A DNA stretch of 64,000 nt from a virus. A program made the position numbers and the translations under genes. Positions 41,815 through 51,404 of the stretch are shown piece after piece (positions within the stretch are counted from its first letter, which is position 1; each line of letters begins with the position of its first letter). The notes below the pieces were generated by a model. The model was not told the DNA's origin and made no database searches. It saw only the letters and a list, made by a program, of their open reading frames with translations. The DNA is taken from IMG/VR virus record IMGVR_UViG_3300036820_000001, one strand, 5' to 3'.

Positions 41815-42374
41815 CCCAGATGGACCTGGACATGTATACCAAGGCCGTCTACGCGATCAACGTGTCGAACGGCTGGCGGGACAACCCGGAGGAGAAGGAC
41901 CCCACCTTCGCTGAGGCGATGATGCTGCTGGTCACCGAGATGGCCGAGGCGTGCGACGCGTGGCGGAGGTGGGGGTTCGATGACGCCACCGAGCCGGGCT
42001 GGATCTACGCCAAGGGCAAGCCGCCGCCTAAGCCCGAGGGGGTCGGGTCGGAGTTCGCGGACATCCTCATCCGGCTGCTGGACGACTGCCACCTGTTCGG
42101 GTTCAAGCTCTCCAACGGGGTGCCGTGGGCACCGGTCGAGGGGACGCGGGCGTCGCTGATGGGGGCCATGTGGAACCTGACCGGGCTGGCGGTCAAGGCG
42201 GGCGAGGCGCACACGTTCGGCAGCCAGGCTGAGGTGGCGGGCCTGATGACCACGCTCTACCGGCACCTGGCCGGGTACGCGCAGGTCTACGGGATCGACC
42301 TCCGGGCCGAGGTCGATCGCAAGCTGGAGTACAACGCGACCAGGGGGTGGCGGCATGGAGGCAAGAGGATGTGA
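41811..42374 (+). CDS. MazG-like nucleotide pyrophosphohydrolase
   Basis: LLVTEMAEACDAWRR, EFADILIRLLD and DRKLEYNATRGWRHGGK fit the MazG all-alpha NTP-PPase pattern. Confidence 0.7.
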   Translation: MTQMDLDMYTKAVYAINVSNGWRDNPEEKDPTFAEAMMLLVTEMAEACDAWRRWGFDDATEPGWIYAKGKPPPKPEGVGSEFADILIRLLDDCHLFGFKLSNGVPWAPVEGTRASLMGAMWNLTGLAVKAGEAHTFGSQAEVAGLMTTLYRHLAGYAQVYGIDLRAEVDRKLEYNATRGWRHGGKRM

Positions 42375-42666
42375 GCTGGACCCGGCTGCGCTGTGGTTCT
42401 CGCAGTTCATCCCGTACAAGCCGGCTGGCTGGGAGCACGACCAGTGGTGCTGGCGGCACTGGGCACCGTGCCCGCTCTACGACGCCAACGGCATCGCGGC
42501 CAGCCTGGAGGTGATGGCCACCTGGCGGAGCGCGCACGTTCCCCTGGGCACGACGTTCGCTGAGGCCAACGTGCTGATGGCGGAGGCCGGGAAGCTGTGC
42601 TGCGCGCTGGGGGACGACGCCATGTTCCGGGTCTGGGGGCGGAACGGGCCTGAGAGGTCATCGTGA
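42355..42666 (+). CDS. hypothetical protein
   Basis: Track ORF. Confidence 0.5.
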   Translation: MEARGCELDPAALWFSQFIPYKPAGWEHDQWCWRHWAPCPLYDANGIAASLEVMATWRSAHVPLGTTFAEANVLMAEAGKLCCALGDDAMFRVWGRNGPERSS

Positions 42667-42971
42667 GGCCGATGCCGTCTGAGTGGTTCACGCCCGGCGA
42701 GCCCGCGGAGCGGGTGGTGGCCATGCTGGCGGAGGGGTTCTGCCCGTTCGAGAAGATGACGGCGCTGGACGGCACCGGCCTGTGCCGCGACTGCGGCGGG
42801 TGCTGGGAGCTGGTGCGCTCGCCGGGTGACCGGGTGACGGGGTTCTCGGTATGCTGGCGGGACACGCGGCTGCCGGACGAGAGGTCCACGACGATCTCGG
42901 CCTACCCGTTCGGCTGGCTGGCGCAGGCGCGGCTGGATCAGGAGGGGGCGCGGCGGGCATGGGACCGGTGA
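42663..42971 (+). CDS. hypothetical protein
   Basis: Track ORF with a GTGA overlap start. Confidence 0.5.
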   Translation: MRPMPSEWFTPGEPAERVVAMLAEGFCPFEKMTALDGTGLCRDCGGCWELVRSPGDRVTGFSVCWRDTRLPDERSTTISAYPFGWLAQARLDQEGARRAWDR

Positions 42972-43219
42972 GGCGGCACGACTGCCCCGCGTGCGGGCGC
43001 AGCCATCCGGACGAGAGGCAGCGCGAGCGGCTGCCGGACGGGAAGCGGACGCCGGGCACCAGCGACTGGTGCGAGTACGCTGGGTGCCATCACCCGGCGC
43101 TGGGCGAGCTGCGCGCGCACTACTCCGGCCACCCGCTGCCGTGGTCGATGTGCGCTGACCACATCCGCCCGGCCGCGCACCCGTCCGACCTGAGGAGATG
43201 GCTGGTGCTGTGGCGATGA
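42959..43219 (+). CDS. hypothetical protein (CPACG motif)
   Basis: ATG after a GGAGGGGG RBS. A GTG at 42968 is an alternative start. Confidence 0.45.
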   Translation: MGPVRRHDCPACGRSHPDERQRERLPDGKRTPGTSDWCEYAGCHHPALGELRAHYSGHPLPWSMCADHIRPAAHPSDLRRWLVLWR

Positions 43220-43455
43220 CGGCCTGCCTGTGCACGGCCAACGCGACGGTGACGGTGGAGTGGGAGTGCCGCCACGGGCACAAGGGCTATGCTGCTCTGT
43301 GCAGGGAGCACGGGGCCATCCACGTGGCCGCGCTGATGTCCGGGGACATCCGGTGCGGGGCGTGCAGGAAGCGGGACGGGACAGAGGCCGCGGTCGTGCT
43401 CCGGAAGATCAACGGCAAGCCGGTGGGGAACCGGGCGGGGAGGCAGGTCTTGTGA
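43216..43455 (+). CDS. hypothetical Cys-rich protein
   Basis: ATGA overlap start inside track ORF 43198. Confidence 0.5.
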   Translation: MTACLCTANATVTVEWECRHGHKGYAALCREHGAIHVAALMSGDIRCGACRKRDGTEAAVVLRKINGKPVGNRAGRQVL

Positions 43456-43598
43456 AGCAGGTCTACGTGGCCAAGGGGTCTGAGGTGCTGGCGCTGCGGA
43501 GGCGGGTGCGTGACCTCGAGAAGTCGATGGCGGAGCTGGAGGACCGGGTGGCCGACCTGGAGCTGTCGCAGGACGGTAAAGTGGAGGACGGGACTTAG
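43452..43598 (+). CDS. small coiled-coil protein
   Basis: GTGA overlap start. 48 aa. Confidence 0.4.
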   Translation: MKQVYVAKGSEVLALRRRVRDLEKSMAELEDRVADLELSQDGKVEDGT

Positions 43599-43613
43599 CT
43601 GCAGGGTGGGGAC

Positions 43614-43811
43614 ATGGGCATGTCATGGCGTCAGGCGCGCGAGGCGCTGACGGACTCCGGGCGCGGAGCGAACGAGGCGCAGGACATTCTTGACGACCTG
43701 GCTCACTTCCCCGATAGGTCGTTCAGCTACGCCGCGGACGGCGGCGTGCGCTGGCTGTCGTACGCGGGCCTGGAAGCCGGGCAGCCGGTCTACGCGTCGG
43801 CCGGGCGCTGA
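43614..43811 (+). CDS. hypothetical protein
   Basis: Track ORF. Confidence 0.5.
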   Translation: MGMSWRQAREALTDSGRGANEAQDILDDLAHFPDRSFSYAADGGVRWLSYAGLEAGQPVYASAGR

Positions 43812-44018
43812 GGTGGTAGCACTGTGGTGTGCCCGGGTGTGGTGCCAGGGGATAGCCCTGGACGAGGTTCTGGCGGTCTGCGCGACTCCGGCCGTCACAT
43901 GGAGGGTCTCGTTGAAGTACCGGGCACCGGCGATGAGGGAGGGGCGGCGCACTGCTGGCCGCGCTTGCAGGGGCGTGGCTGAGCCGCTTACCGTCCCTCC
44001 CGATTCGCGGGGGGCGCC

Positions 44019-44417
44019 ATGCCGCTAGCGCACCTGTGGTTCTTCGAGTGCGACGTGATCAACTGCGGGCAGGAGTTCATGTCCTACCGCGGCACCGCGC
44101 TGGCGGCGCGCTACGAGGCCCGGCACGCGGGGTGGTCATCGACCGACTGGCGGACCGAGAACGGCCTGTGGTTCTGCGAGAAGCACGCCGACGTGGGCGC
44201 GCTGATGGTGTGGGAAGAGGAGCGCTACAACCCGGCTGACCACGAGACGTGGTGCCCGCGGCGGCGCGGCAGCAGCTGCCAGTGCAAGGCGCACACCCCC
44301 AGCCTGCATGACCGGGCGCTGGGGGTGTCGCTGGACCGGAACATCGTGAACGTGCCGCTGCCGGACGTGATCAAGCTGCCCCCGGAGGCGGTGGAGGAGA
44401 TCGGTGAACAGCACTAA
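44019..44417 (+). CDS. hypothetical Cys-rich protein
   Basis: 132-aa track ORF. Confidence 0.6.
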   Translation: MPLAHLWFFECDVINCGQEFMSYRGTALAARYEARHAGWSSTDWRTENGLWFCEKHADVGALMVWEEERYNPADHETWCPRRRGSSCQCKAHTPSLHDRALGVSLDRNIVNVPLPDVIKLPPEAVEEIGEQH

Positions 44418-44427
44418 GGCGGTGGTC

Positions 44428-44553
44428 ATGCTGATGACGGTCGAGCCGACTGACCGGGCGCTGGCCGGGTGGCAGCCGTTCGACCGCACCTGGCTGACGC
44501 AGCACTACCACGGTGAGGACACGCTGCACCTGGTGGAGGTGAGGGGCGGATGA
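44428..44553 (+). CDS. small protein with EPTDRALAGW segment
   Basis: 41 aa, ending in an ATGA overlap with the helicase gene. Segment paralogous to 12347..12586. Confidence 0.4.
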   Translation: MLMTVEPTDRALAGWQPFDRTWLTQHYHGEDTLHLVEVRGG

Positions 44554-46328
44554 CGACGGCGCTGGACCCGAGGCGGATGCGGCCGGACATGATGCAGGGC
44601 GTCGCCAACGTCGTGCAGTCCAGCTACGATATAGAGCTGCCGCACATGGAGCCGTGGAACGACCGGCCCTGCCCGGCCCACGCCGAGCTGACGGCCGGGT
44701 GCAGGCGGTGCGGGGTGAAGCCACGGCGGCACCAGCGCATCGGGATCACCTGGCTGTACCTGACGCCGCGGGCGGGGCTGTTCGACTCGACCGGGCTGGG
44801 CAAGACGGTGCAGTGCGCGGGGCTGCTGTCGCTGCTGCTGGGGAACGGCGAGATCGGCACCTTCGCCCAGCACTCGCGCAAGGGCCTGATCATCGCGCGG
44901 GCGGCCACCATCGCGCAGTGGCAGGCCGAGCTGGCGCGGATGGTCCCCGACCTCATCACCATCGCCGTCACCGGCACGGCGGCCGAGCGCGGGCGCAAGC
45001 TGGCGCGCGATGAGTGGGAGGTGGCGCTGATCGGCCCGGAGATGCTGGCGTCCAAGGTGGCCAAGGGAGCCGACCAGCTGTCGCATCATGACATCGGCAC
45101 GGTCATCTGCGACGACATCGACTGCCTGCGCAACGCCAACAAAACCTCGCGTACGATAAAGGAAATCTGCGACAAGGCCGACCGGGTGGTGATCGCCACC
45201 GCGACGCCGCTGGACAAGAAACTGACCCAGCTGTACGACCTCGGCACGATCCTCGGCTGGCGCAGCTCGCTCGGCTCGCGGCAGGAGTTCCAGCACCGCT
45301 ACGTCAACATGGAGCGGGTCTACTACACGCCCAAGCTGAAGCCGACGCGGTGCCGGTGGTGCAAGGCGTTCCTGGTGGCCGACCACGCCAACAAGCTGTG
45401 GGTGGACTCCAAGACAAAGGCGTCCGGGCCGTGCCCGGCGCGGCCGACCGACGCGCACTTCCCGCTGAGCAGGATCACGCCCGGCCCAAAGTTCACCGAG
45501 CAGGAGAAGGGCGTCAACCCGGAGCGGGTGGCCGAGTTCCGGCAGCGCATCGCGCCGCTGGTGCTGCGGCGGACGGCCGACCAGTGTGATGACATCCAGA
45601 TGCCGGGCGTTATCGCCTCGCAGGTCTGGCTGACGCTGGGGCCTGAGCAGGCGCTGCGGTACATGGAGCTGCGCAAGGGCGTCCTCACGCGGATGGACCA
45701 GACCGGGAACAAGGTCAGCACCACCGAGGCGCAGGCGGCGTTCATGCGGGCGCGGCAGATCGTGAGCGGGCTGGCCACCCTCGATACTGGCAGGACCGGT
45801 GAGTCGGCCAAGCTGGATTGGGTCACGGAGGCGCTGAGCGGCGATCTGAGCGGTGAGCCGGTCGTGGTCTACAACTACTTCAGGCCGACGCTGGCGGACC
45901 TGTCAGCGCGCCTGACGGCGGCCGGGATCGCCAACGTGCGGATCTGGGGGGAGCAGCACGCGAGCGAGCAGGCGCACGCCATCGCTGCGTTCAACTCCGG
46001 GGCGGCCAACGTCATCCTCATCACTGACGCGGGCGGGATGGGGCTGAACCTGCAGAAGGCTCGGCGGCTGGTCATCTGCGACCCGCCGGTCAGCGCCGGG
46101 CGGCAGAGCCAGCTCATCGGGCGGATCAAGCGGGACTCCAGTGCGCACGAGACGGTCTACGTGCAGCAGCTGCTGTGCGAGGACGCGCCGGTGGACAAGG
46201 CCATGGCCGAGATGCTGGCGGGCGAGGCGGTGATGTCCGCCGCGGTGCTGGACGCGGGCACCCTGGCCAGCGAGTGGGACTGGGCCGACGACCCGGAGTG
46301 GATGATGCGGGCGGTGGCCGGTGCCTGA
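44550..46328 (+). CDS. SNF2-family (DEAD/DEAH-like) helicase/ATPase
   Basis: Motifs DSTGLGKTVQ (I), VICDDID (II), ATATPL (III), GGMGLNLQ (V) and QLIGRIKR (VI). Confidence 0.85.
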   Translation: MTTALDPRRMRPDMMQGVANVVQSSYDIELPHMEPWNDRPCPAHAELTAGCRRCGVKPRRHQRIGITWLYLTPRAGLFDSTGLGKTVQCAGLLSLLLGNGEIGTFAQHSRKGLIIARAATIAQWQAELARMVPDLITIAVTGTAAERGRKLARDEWEVALIGPEMLASKVAKGADQLSHHDIGTVICDDIDCLRNANKTSRTIKEICDKADRVVIATATPLDKKLTQLYDLGTILGWRSSLGSRQEFQHRYVNMERVYYTPKLKPTRCRWCKAFLVADHANKLWVDSKTKASGPCPARPTDAHFPLSRITPGPKFTEQEKGVNPERVAEFRQRIAPLVLRRTADQCDDIQMPGVIASQVWLTLGPEQALRYMELRKGVLTRMDQTGNKVSTTEAQAAFMRARQIVSGLATLDTGRTGESAKLDWVTEALSGDLSGEPVVVYNYFRPTLADLSARLTAAGIANVRIWGEQHASEQAHAIAAFNSGAANVILITDAGGMGLNLQKARRLVICDPPVSAGRQSQLIGRIKRDSSAHETVYVQQLLCEDAPVDKAMAEMLAGEAVMSAAVLDAGTLASEWDWADDPEWMMRAVAGA

Positions 46329-47034
46329 CGAGAAGCCCATCGACCCGCCGATCGACCAGCTGATGCAGCAGCTCATCGTGCAGGCGCGGGCTGTCGCGTG
46401 GCGGCACTGGCACGGAGCGCCGTACGTGCTGGAGTTCGAGGAGCTGGTCAGCCTGGCTTACAAGGGGCTGACCGAGGCGGCGGCGCGGTGGGAGGTCTAC
46501 TGCGAGAAGAACGGCTACGACCCCTCCTGCACGAGGTACTTCAGCGCGTACTGCCTGCGTAGGATGAACGGGAGCATCCTCGACTACATGCGCGGCCAGG
46601 ACTGGGTGTCGCGCACCGTCCGCAACCGCGCTCGCGCGCTGCGGGAGGCGGGCCAGGACCAGGGCGCGTCGGAGGCGCAGCTGTCGGAGGGCAGCGGGCT
46701 GACGCGCGAGCAGGTGAACGACACCCTGGCCGCCATGAACAGGCGGCCGGTCGGGTTCGACCCCATCGAGCACGACGTCACCGACGCGGCGGACACCGAG
46801 TCGCACGCGGTGGTGGACGACCTGCTGGCGGGGGCGGTGCAGGTCATGGAGGGCATGCCGCTGGCGACGCAGTTCAGCATGTGCCTGACCTTCTACTACG
46901 GGATGACAGTGCGGCAGGCGGCTGAGACGATGGGGATGGCACCGGAAGAGGTGACGGTGCTGCAGCAGCAGGGCGTGCTGGCGGTGCACGAGGCGCTGGC
47001 GCGGGCGGCGAGGGGCCGGGATGAATTACCCTGA
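46321..47034 (+). CDS. sigma-70 family sigma factor (group 3, SigF/FliA/WhiG-like)
   Basis: Region 2: LAYKGLTEAAARWE..YFSAYCLRRMNGSILDYMRGQDWVSRTVR. Region 4 HTH: LTFYYGMTVRQAAETMGMAPEEVTVLQQQGV. Confidence 0.75.
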   Translation: MPDEKPIDPPIDQLMQQLIVQARAVAWRHWHGAPYVLEFEELVSLAYKGLTEAAARWEVYCEKNGYDPSCTRYFSAYCLRRMNGSILDYMRGQDWVSRTVRNRARALREAGQDQGASEAQLSEGSGLTREQVNDTLAAMNRRPVGFDPIEHDVTDAADTESHAVVDDLLAGAVQVMEGMPLATQFSMCLTFYYGMTVRQAAETMGMAPEEVTVLQQQGVLAVHEALARAARGRDELP

Positions 47035-47182
47035 GCGCGAGCGGCTGCCGGTGCCGCAGAAGGTCTACTGCCTGGGGTGCGGGGCCGAGACGTACTCGGT
47101 CAGCTTCATCTGCGGCACGTGCACGATCACGGGCATGACTGAGACGGGATGGATGATGCCACATGGGCCTGACGCAGACTGA
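47021..47182 (+). CDS. small zinc-ribbon protein
   Basis: ATG. 53 aa with CLGC..CGTC. Below the track cutoff. Confidence 0.4.
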   Translation: MNYPERERLPVPQKVYCLGCGAETYSVSFICGTCTITGMTETGWMMPHGPDAD

Positions 47183-47666
47183 CCGGGCGGCCGGGGCACA
47201 GTTCAAGTTCCGGGCGCAGCACGCGCTCGACTGTCTGTGGGTGGAGAACCGGGCGGCGGCGCAGTGCAGCCCGCAGGTGCGGTTCTACCGGCACGAGTGC
47301 CCGGCGGTGGACGGGCGCACCCGGTCGGTCCGGCTGGAGGACAGGACGTACACCAGCCCGGAGATGTGGGTGGACTGGAATAAGGGGAACCCCCAGGTCT
47401 ACAGCGAGGCGCAGGCGAACGAGCGGCTGGCGCGCGGCATGGTGGCCGAGTACGAGACGGTGCTCGCGGGCCGGTTCGCGTTCACCTGGAAGACCGGGGA
47501 GTGCAAGCACTGCCACCTGACGGTGATGTCCCGTGAGGGGGTGCTGAAGGACCTGCGCCCGGCGGTACGAGACAAGGACAAGGCGGGGGACCTGGCGGTC
47601 TTCGCGCAGGGTCCGCTGGACGTGACGCTTACCCCGGCCATTAAGAGGGAGCACGACCTCATATGA
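47163..47666 (+). CDS. hypothetical protein
   Basis: 167-aa track ORF. Confidence 0.55.
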   Translation: MGLTQTDRAAGAQFKFRAQHALDCLWVENRAAAQCSPQVRFYRHECPAVDGRTRSVRLEDRTYTSPEMWVDWNKGNPQVYSEAQANERLARGMVAEYETVLAGRFAFTWKTGECKHCHLTVMSREGVLKDLRPAVRDKDKAGDLAVFAQGPLDVTLTPAIKREHDLI

Positions 47667-47950
47667 ATAAGTACCTGAGCATGGCCATCTGGTACACGGC
47701 GCTGGTGCTGTTCCTCGGATCGTTGTACGTGTTCGGGGTGGCGTCGGTGAACCTGACGGCGGTCCTGGTGTGGGTGGGAACCACGCTTATGGCCGGGCTT
47801 GCGGCGTACTCGGCTCAGGCTCGGGCGGCGCGGATTGAGAAGCGCTACCGTGAGCTGTGGAGTGAGCGGTGCGAGCTGTCGAACCAGATTCCCGTGCTGC
47901 GGCACGAGCTGGGCGAGATGCAGAAGCAGCTGGACGGAGGAGAGCTGTGA
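47663..47950 (+). CDS. membrane protein with coiled-coil tail
   Basis: ATGA-coupled. Two hydrophobic helices. Confidence 0.55.
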   Translation: MNKYLSMAIWYTALVLFLGSLYVFGVASVNLTAVLVWVGTTLMAGLAAYSAQARAARIEKRYRELWSERCELSNQIPVLRHELGEMQKQLDGGEL

Positions 47951-48537
47951 ACCGGTGGGACCCGGACGCGCGGCCGAACAAGGACGCTGAGGCGGCCGTC
48001 AACGAGCACGGCGAGAACATCGTCCCCATCGAGGCGGTGATCAGCGACAAGAACTCCAAGAGCCTGCACAAGCAGGCCGAGCTGACTGAGCAGATCCTGG
48101 CCGAGCGGCGCTCGCGGGCCAAGGAGCCGGTCCACATGGAGGGCCTGAAGCCGATCCCGGACGCGCTGCGGTCCACCCTGCCCGGCGCGGGCGTCATCCC
48201 CGGCGGGCCGGAGGCCATGGGCCTGGCACCGTCGATGCGGCGGGCCATCCCGGCTCCCTACCAGCGGGACCGGATCTCGATCGACCACCACGGCAAGACG
48301 TGGGGCTACATGAAAGCGTCGGACGTGCAGCCGGGGGACATCGTGGTGGACTTCGGCAAGATCCACATGGCAACGGGGTTCGTCGAGCACGACACGGATT
48401 TCAGCAGCCGCGGGCGGCCGATCGTGGCCACCCGCGAGGGGATCAAGCTGACCAACATCGCTGGGGACTTCCGCGACTTCGACTCGCAGGAGCAGCTGCG
48501 GGTGTTCCGGGTGCACGACGCCGCGGAAGACACGTAG
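47947..48537 (+). CDS. hypothetical protein
   Basis: GTGA overlap start inside track ORF 47869. Confidence 0.55.
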   Translation: MNRWDPDARPNKDAEAAVNEHGENIVPIEAVISDKNSKSLHKQAELTEQILAERRSRAKEPVHMEGLKPIPDALRSTLPGAGVIPGGPEAMGLAPSMRRAIPAPYQRDRISIDHHGKTWGYMKASDVQPGDIVVDFGKIHMATGFVEHDTDFSSRGRPIVATREGIKLTNIAGDFRDFDSQEQLRVFRVHDAAEDT

Positions 48538-48750
48538 GTGTGGCCGTACTTCCTTGACCGCGTGCTGCCGGGGCTGATCACCTCGGCTATCGCGATCTTC
48601 GGGTTCAACACGCTGCAGGGGCGGATGTTCCGGCGCGACCTGCGCGACCAGACTAACGAGCTGAAGAGACATATGAGCGGGGAGGGCGATGACGACTCCT
48701 CAGGAGCCGGGGACGACGGTCCTGGCGGCGATCCTGCCGGGGAGGGCTGA
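48538..48750 (+). CDS. hypothetical protein (N-terminal TM helix)
   Basis: Track ORF. The last 62 nt overlap the helicase gene. Confidence 0.45.
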   Translation: MWPYFLDRVLPGLITSAIAIFGFNTLQGRMFRRDLRDQTNELKRHMSGEGDDDSSGAGDDGPGGDPAGEG

Positions 48751-50176
48751 CCTGCTGGAGTCGGCCATGCGGCGGCTGCGGCCGGTGCACTTCGGCGGGC
48801 AGGTCAACCCTCAGCTGTTCGCGCTGCTGGGGCGCTACCTGGACATGACCGGCGAGGTGATGACCAGGGCGGCGCTGCAGGGGTTCCTTGAGCAGCAGCG
48901 GTCGCAGGCGGGCACCGTGGCGATGTACCTGGAGGTCTACGACCAGCTGGCGGGCACGCAGGCCACGGACGGCGAGTTCGGGTGGGCGGTCGAGCGGCTG
49001 CGCGAGGTGGCGTCGGAGCAGGCCACTGGCGAGGCGCTGAGCGCGGCGTACGAGATCCTGACGCGCGGCGTGGAGGACAAGAACGGCGAGCGCGTGGTAG
49101 GCCCGGAGGCGGCCCGCCTGCACGTCCTGGAGCGGTTCGCGGCGATTGACGTGGAGCTGAACCAGTCCGAGTCCCCCGAGGGGGACATCCGGCAGGAGCA
49201 GAGCCAGATCATCGGGCGGTTCATGAAGTCGGTCGAGGGCCGCAAGCGGCAGGGCGGGCGGACCGGAATCGGCACCGGGGTGGCGGCGATCGATGACCTG
49301 CTCGGCGGCGGGCTGGGGAACGGGGAGCTGGCCCTGGTGGCCGGGTTCAGCAGCTCGGGCAAGACCAGCCTGTGCGTGTCCACCGCGTGGCATGCGTGCG
49401 TGGCGCAGGGTAAGAACGTCGTGTTCTTCACCAGCGAGACGCTGCGGCCCCAGGTCGTTAACAAGCTGATCGCCCGGCACAGCCGCCATCCGCAGTTCGA
49501 TATGGAGCTGCCGGACGGGATCGACAGCAAGCGGATCAGGGAGGGGTCGCTGAGCGGCCCCGAGATCGCCGCCTACAGCGAAGTGCTGCGCGACTTCACC
49601 GATAACCCCGCTTACGGAAAGTGCTACGTGGCGCAGGTGCCGTGGGGCGCGACCATCGGGCAGGTGCGGTCCCGGCTGAGCCGGATCGGCCACCTGTTCG
49701 AGGTGCACCTGTGTATCATCGACTACCTCGGCCTGCTCAACTCTGATAGGAAGCGCGACACCTCGCACGAGGAGACGGCGCAGATCGTCAAGGACACCAA
49801 GGCGATGGCGGCCACGCACGAGGGCGGCACCGGGGTGCCGTGTATCAGCCCGTGGCAGGTCAACCGGCCTGGCCGGGACCGGGCGCTCAAGGAGGGCAGC
49901 TACGCGGGCATCGACCTGGCCGGGTCGGCCGAGGCGTTCAACACGCCGGACGTGGTGCTCACGCTGCTGGAGCCGGCCAAGATCGAGAACCCGCGGGCGT
50001 GCCCGGTCAAGGGTGAGCTGCTGAAGAACCGGGACGGGCCGCGCGGCGCGGTCATCCCGCTCAAGATCGACTACGCGACCAGCTTCTTCCGGTGCGAGGA
50101 CGGGGGGTCCGTCTCCGCGCCTGGGGAGGTAATGATGAACAGCGCGGCTGACATCGGCACGCTGATGGGGGGATGA
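48689..50176 (+). CDS. DnaB-like replicative DNA helicase
   Basis: Walker A GFSSSGKTS and Walker B LCIIDYLGLL. Has a RecA-like C-terminal domain and a DnaB-like N-terminal domain. Confidence 0.85.
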   Translation: MTTPQEPGTTVLAAILPGRADLLESAMRRLRPVHFGGQVNPQLFALLGRYLDMTGEVMTRAALQGFLEQQRSQAGTVAMYLEVYDQLAGTQATDGEFGWAVERLREVASEQATGEALSAAYEILTRGVEDKNGERVVGPEAARLHVLERFAAIDVELNQSESPEGDIRQEQSQIIGRFMKSVEGRKRQGGRTGIGTGVAAIDDLLGGGLGNGELALVAGFSSSGKTSLCVSTAWHACVAQGKNVVFFTSETLRPQVVNKLIARHSRHPQFDMELPDGIDSKRIREGSLSGPEIAAYSEVLRDFTDNPAYGKCYVAQVPWGATIGQVRSRLSRIGHLFEVHLCIIDYLGLLNSDRKRDTSHEETAQIVKDTKAMAATHEGGTGVPCISPWQVNRPGRDRALKEGSYAGIDLAGSAEAFNTPDVVLTLLEPAKIENPRACPVKGELLKNRDGPRGAVIPLKIDYATSFFRCEDGGSVSAPGEVMMNSAADIGTLMGG

Positions 50177-50177
50177 C

Positions 50178-50408
50178 ATGCGCAGGACGTGGAAGCTGGC
50201 GGCTGACCCGATCCGCCGCCGCGGGAGCGAGAGCAGGCGCGAGATCGTGGAGTTCGACGGGGACCGGCGGTCGGTGGTGGCCGTGGTGAGCGACTCGGAC
50301 GCCATGGACGTGCTGGACCTGATCAAGCGGGTGTACCAGGACGGGCGGGAGGACCTGGCCGAGGACCTCGAGAACGAGCGCCGCATGCGGGACGCCGAGC
50401 GCGCCTGA
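50178..50408 (+). CDS. hypothetical protein
   Basis: Track ORF. Confidence 0.5.
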   Translation: MRRTWKLAADPIRRRGSESRREIVEFDGDRRSVVAVVSDSDAMDVLDLIKRVYQDGREDLAEDLENERRMRDAERA

Positions 50409-50956
50409 TGCCGGGCATGATCCAGGCAGCCAACGACGGCGTGACCATGGAGCAGGCGTGCCGGTGGGCGGAGGTGGAGATCCCGGAGGGGTTCGGCAAT
50501 CGCAAGACGTGGTGTCCGTTCGGTCACATCGCCCACCCGGACGGCGGCACCGAGGCGGCGCTGCGGATCTACGAGGACACCAACAGCTGCTACTGCTTCG
50601 CCTGCGGCCGGGCGTGGCGGCCGGTCAGCCTGCTGGCGGAGTACTGGGACTGCACCCGGACTGAGGCGGCCGAGCGGATGATGAAGATGGCGGGGATCAC
50701 CCTGCCTGACTGGCGCGACCGGTGGGCGGCGCTGCAGTACGAGCCGCCGCCCGGCACCGACACCCTGGCCGAGGCGCTGAAGACGTGGTGCGCGCGAATG
50801 CGCGGGCCGTCGTGGGAGAGGGAGCAGTTCGAGGAGCGGTTCGCGGCTCCGCTGGCAGCCTGTTTCGGTGTGCTCCCGGCGGTTTCAGACGCGCGGGACG
50901 CGGTAGAGTGGCTTGACGGTTGTAAATTGATTATGGAGCCACTGCTAAGGGGCTGA
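50408..50956 (+). CDS. primase-type CHC2 zinc-finger protein (no TOPRIM domain recognised)
   Basis: WCPFGH..(19 aa)..CYCFACG fits the CHC2 zinc-finger pattern of DnaG-type primases. Confidence 0.6.
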   Translation: MPGMIQAANDGVTMEQACRWAEVEIPEGFGNRKTWCPFGHIAHPDGGTEAALRIYEDTNSCYCFACGRAWRPVSLLAEYWDCTRTEAAERMMKMAGITLPDWRDRWAALQYEPPPGTDTLAEALKTWCARMRGPSWEREQFEERFAAPLAACFGVLPAVSDARDAVEWLDGCKLIMEPLLRG

Positions 50957-50962
50957 GGTTGA

Positions 50963-51232
50963 GTGCCAACGGACACAGCAGACGCGCTGCCCGATCTTCC
51001 CGGGGTGGTATCAATTTCGCTGGCGGCGGAGATGCTGGAGGTAAGCCGGCAGACGGCGCACCAGATGGTCAAGAGCGGCCAGCTGAAGGCGTGGCGGGTG
51101 AGGTCGGCCGGGAACGATCGGCCGGTGGTGGTAGACGAGAGCGACGTGAAGAAAATGCGCCGCAAGCGCACGCGGGTGGTGGCGGTTATCCCAACCGTCC
51201 ACGACATGCCCGGCCTGGACGAGATGAGCTGA
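50963..51232 (+). CDS. helix-turn-helix DNA-binding protein (MerR/excisionase-type HTH)
   Basis: ISLAAEMLEVSRQTAHQMVKSGQLKAWRV matches the HTH_17 pattern. Confidence 0.6.
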   Translation: MPTDTADALPDLPGVVSISLAAEMLEVSRQTAHQMVKSGQLKAWRVRSAGNDRPVVVDESDVKKMRRKRTRVVAVIPTVHDMPGLDEMS

Positions 51233-51404
51233 GCGACCCGGCTGAGGTGTTCGCGGCGACGCCCATCATGGCGCAGCTGGCGCGGGAGTGGTCCCGGCGC
51301 GACGAGACGGGGACCAGGACGGTGGTCGGGCTGGCCAACCGGGTGCCGTTCGATGAGACGCTCGGGCGCGGTCAGGACCCGACCATGCCGGACATCCCGG
51401 CTGT

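Noticed and set aside
48653-50536. A 627-aa minus ORF opposite the DnaB-like gene, a 576-aa minus ORF (60724..62454) opposite the polymerase, and a 408-aa minus ORF (15769..16995) opposite the lysin-like gene.
   Set aside because: These are the same high-GC antisense artefact. The + frames carry Walker and polymerase motifs.
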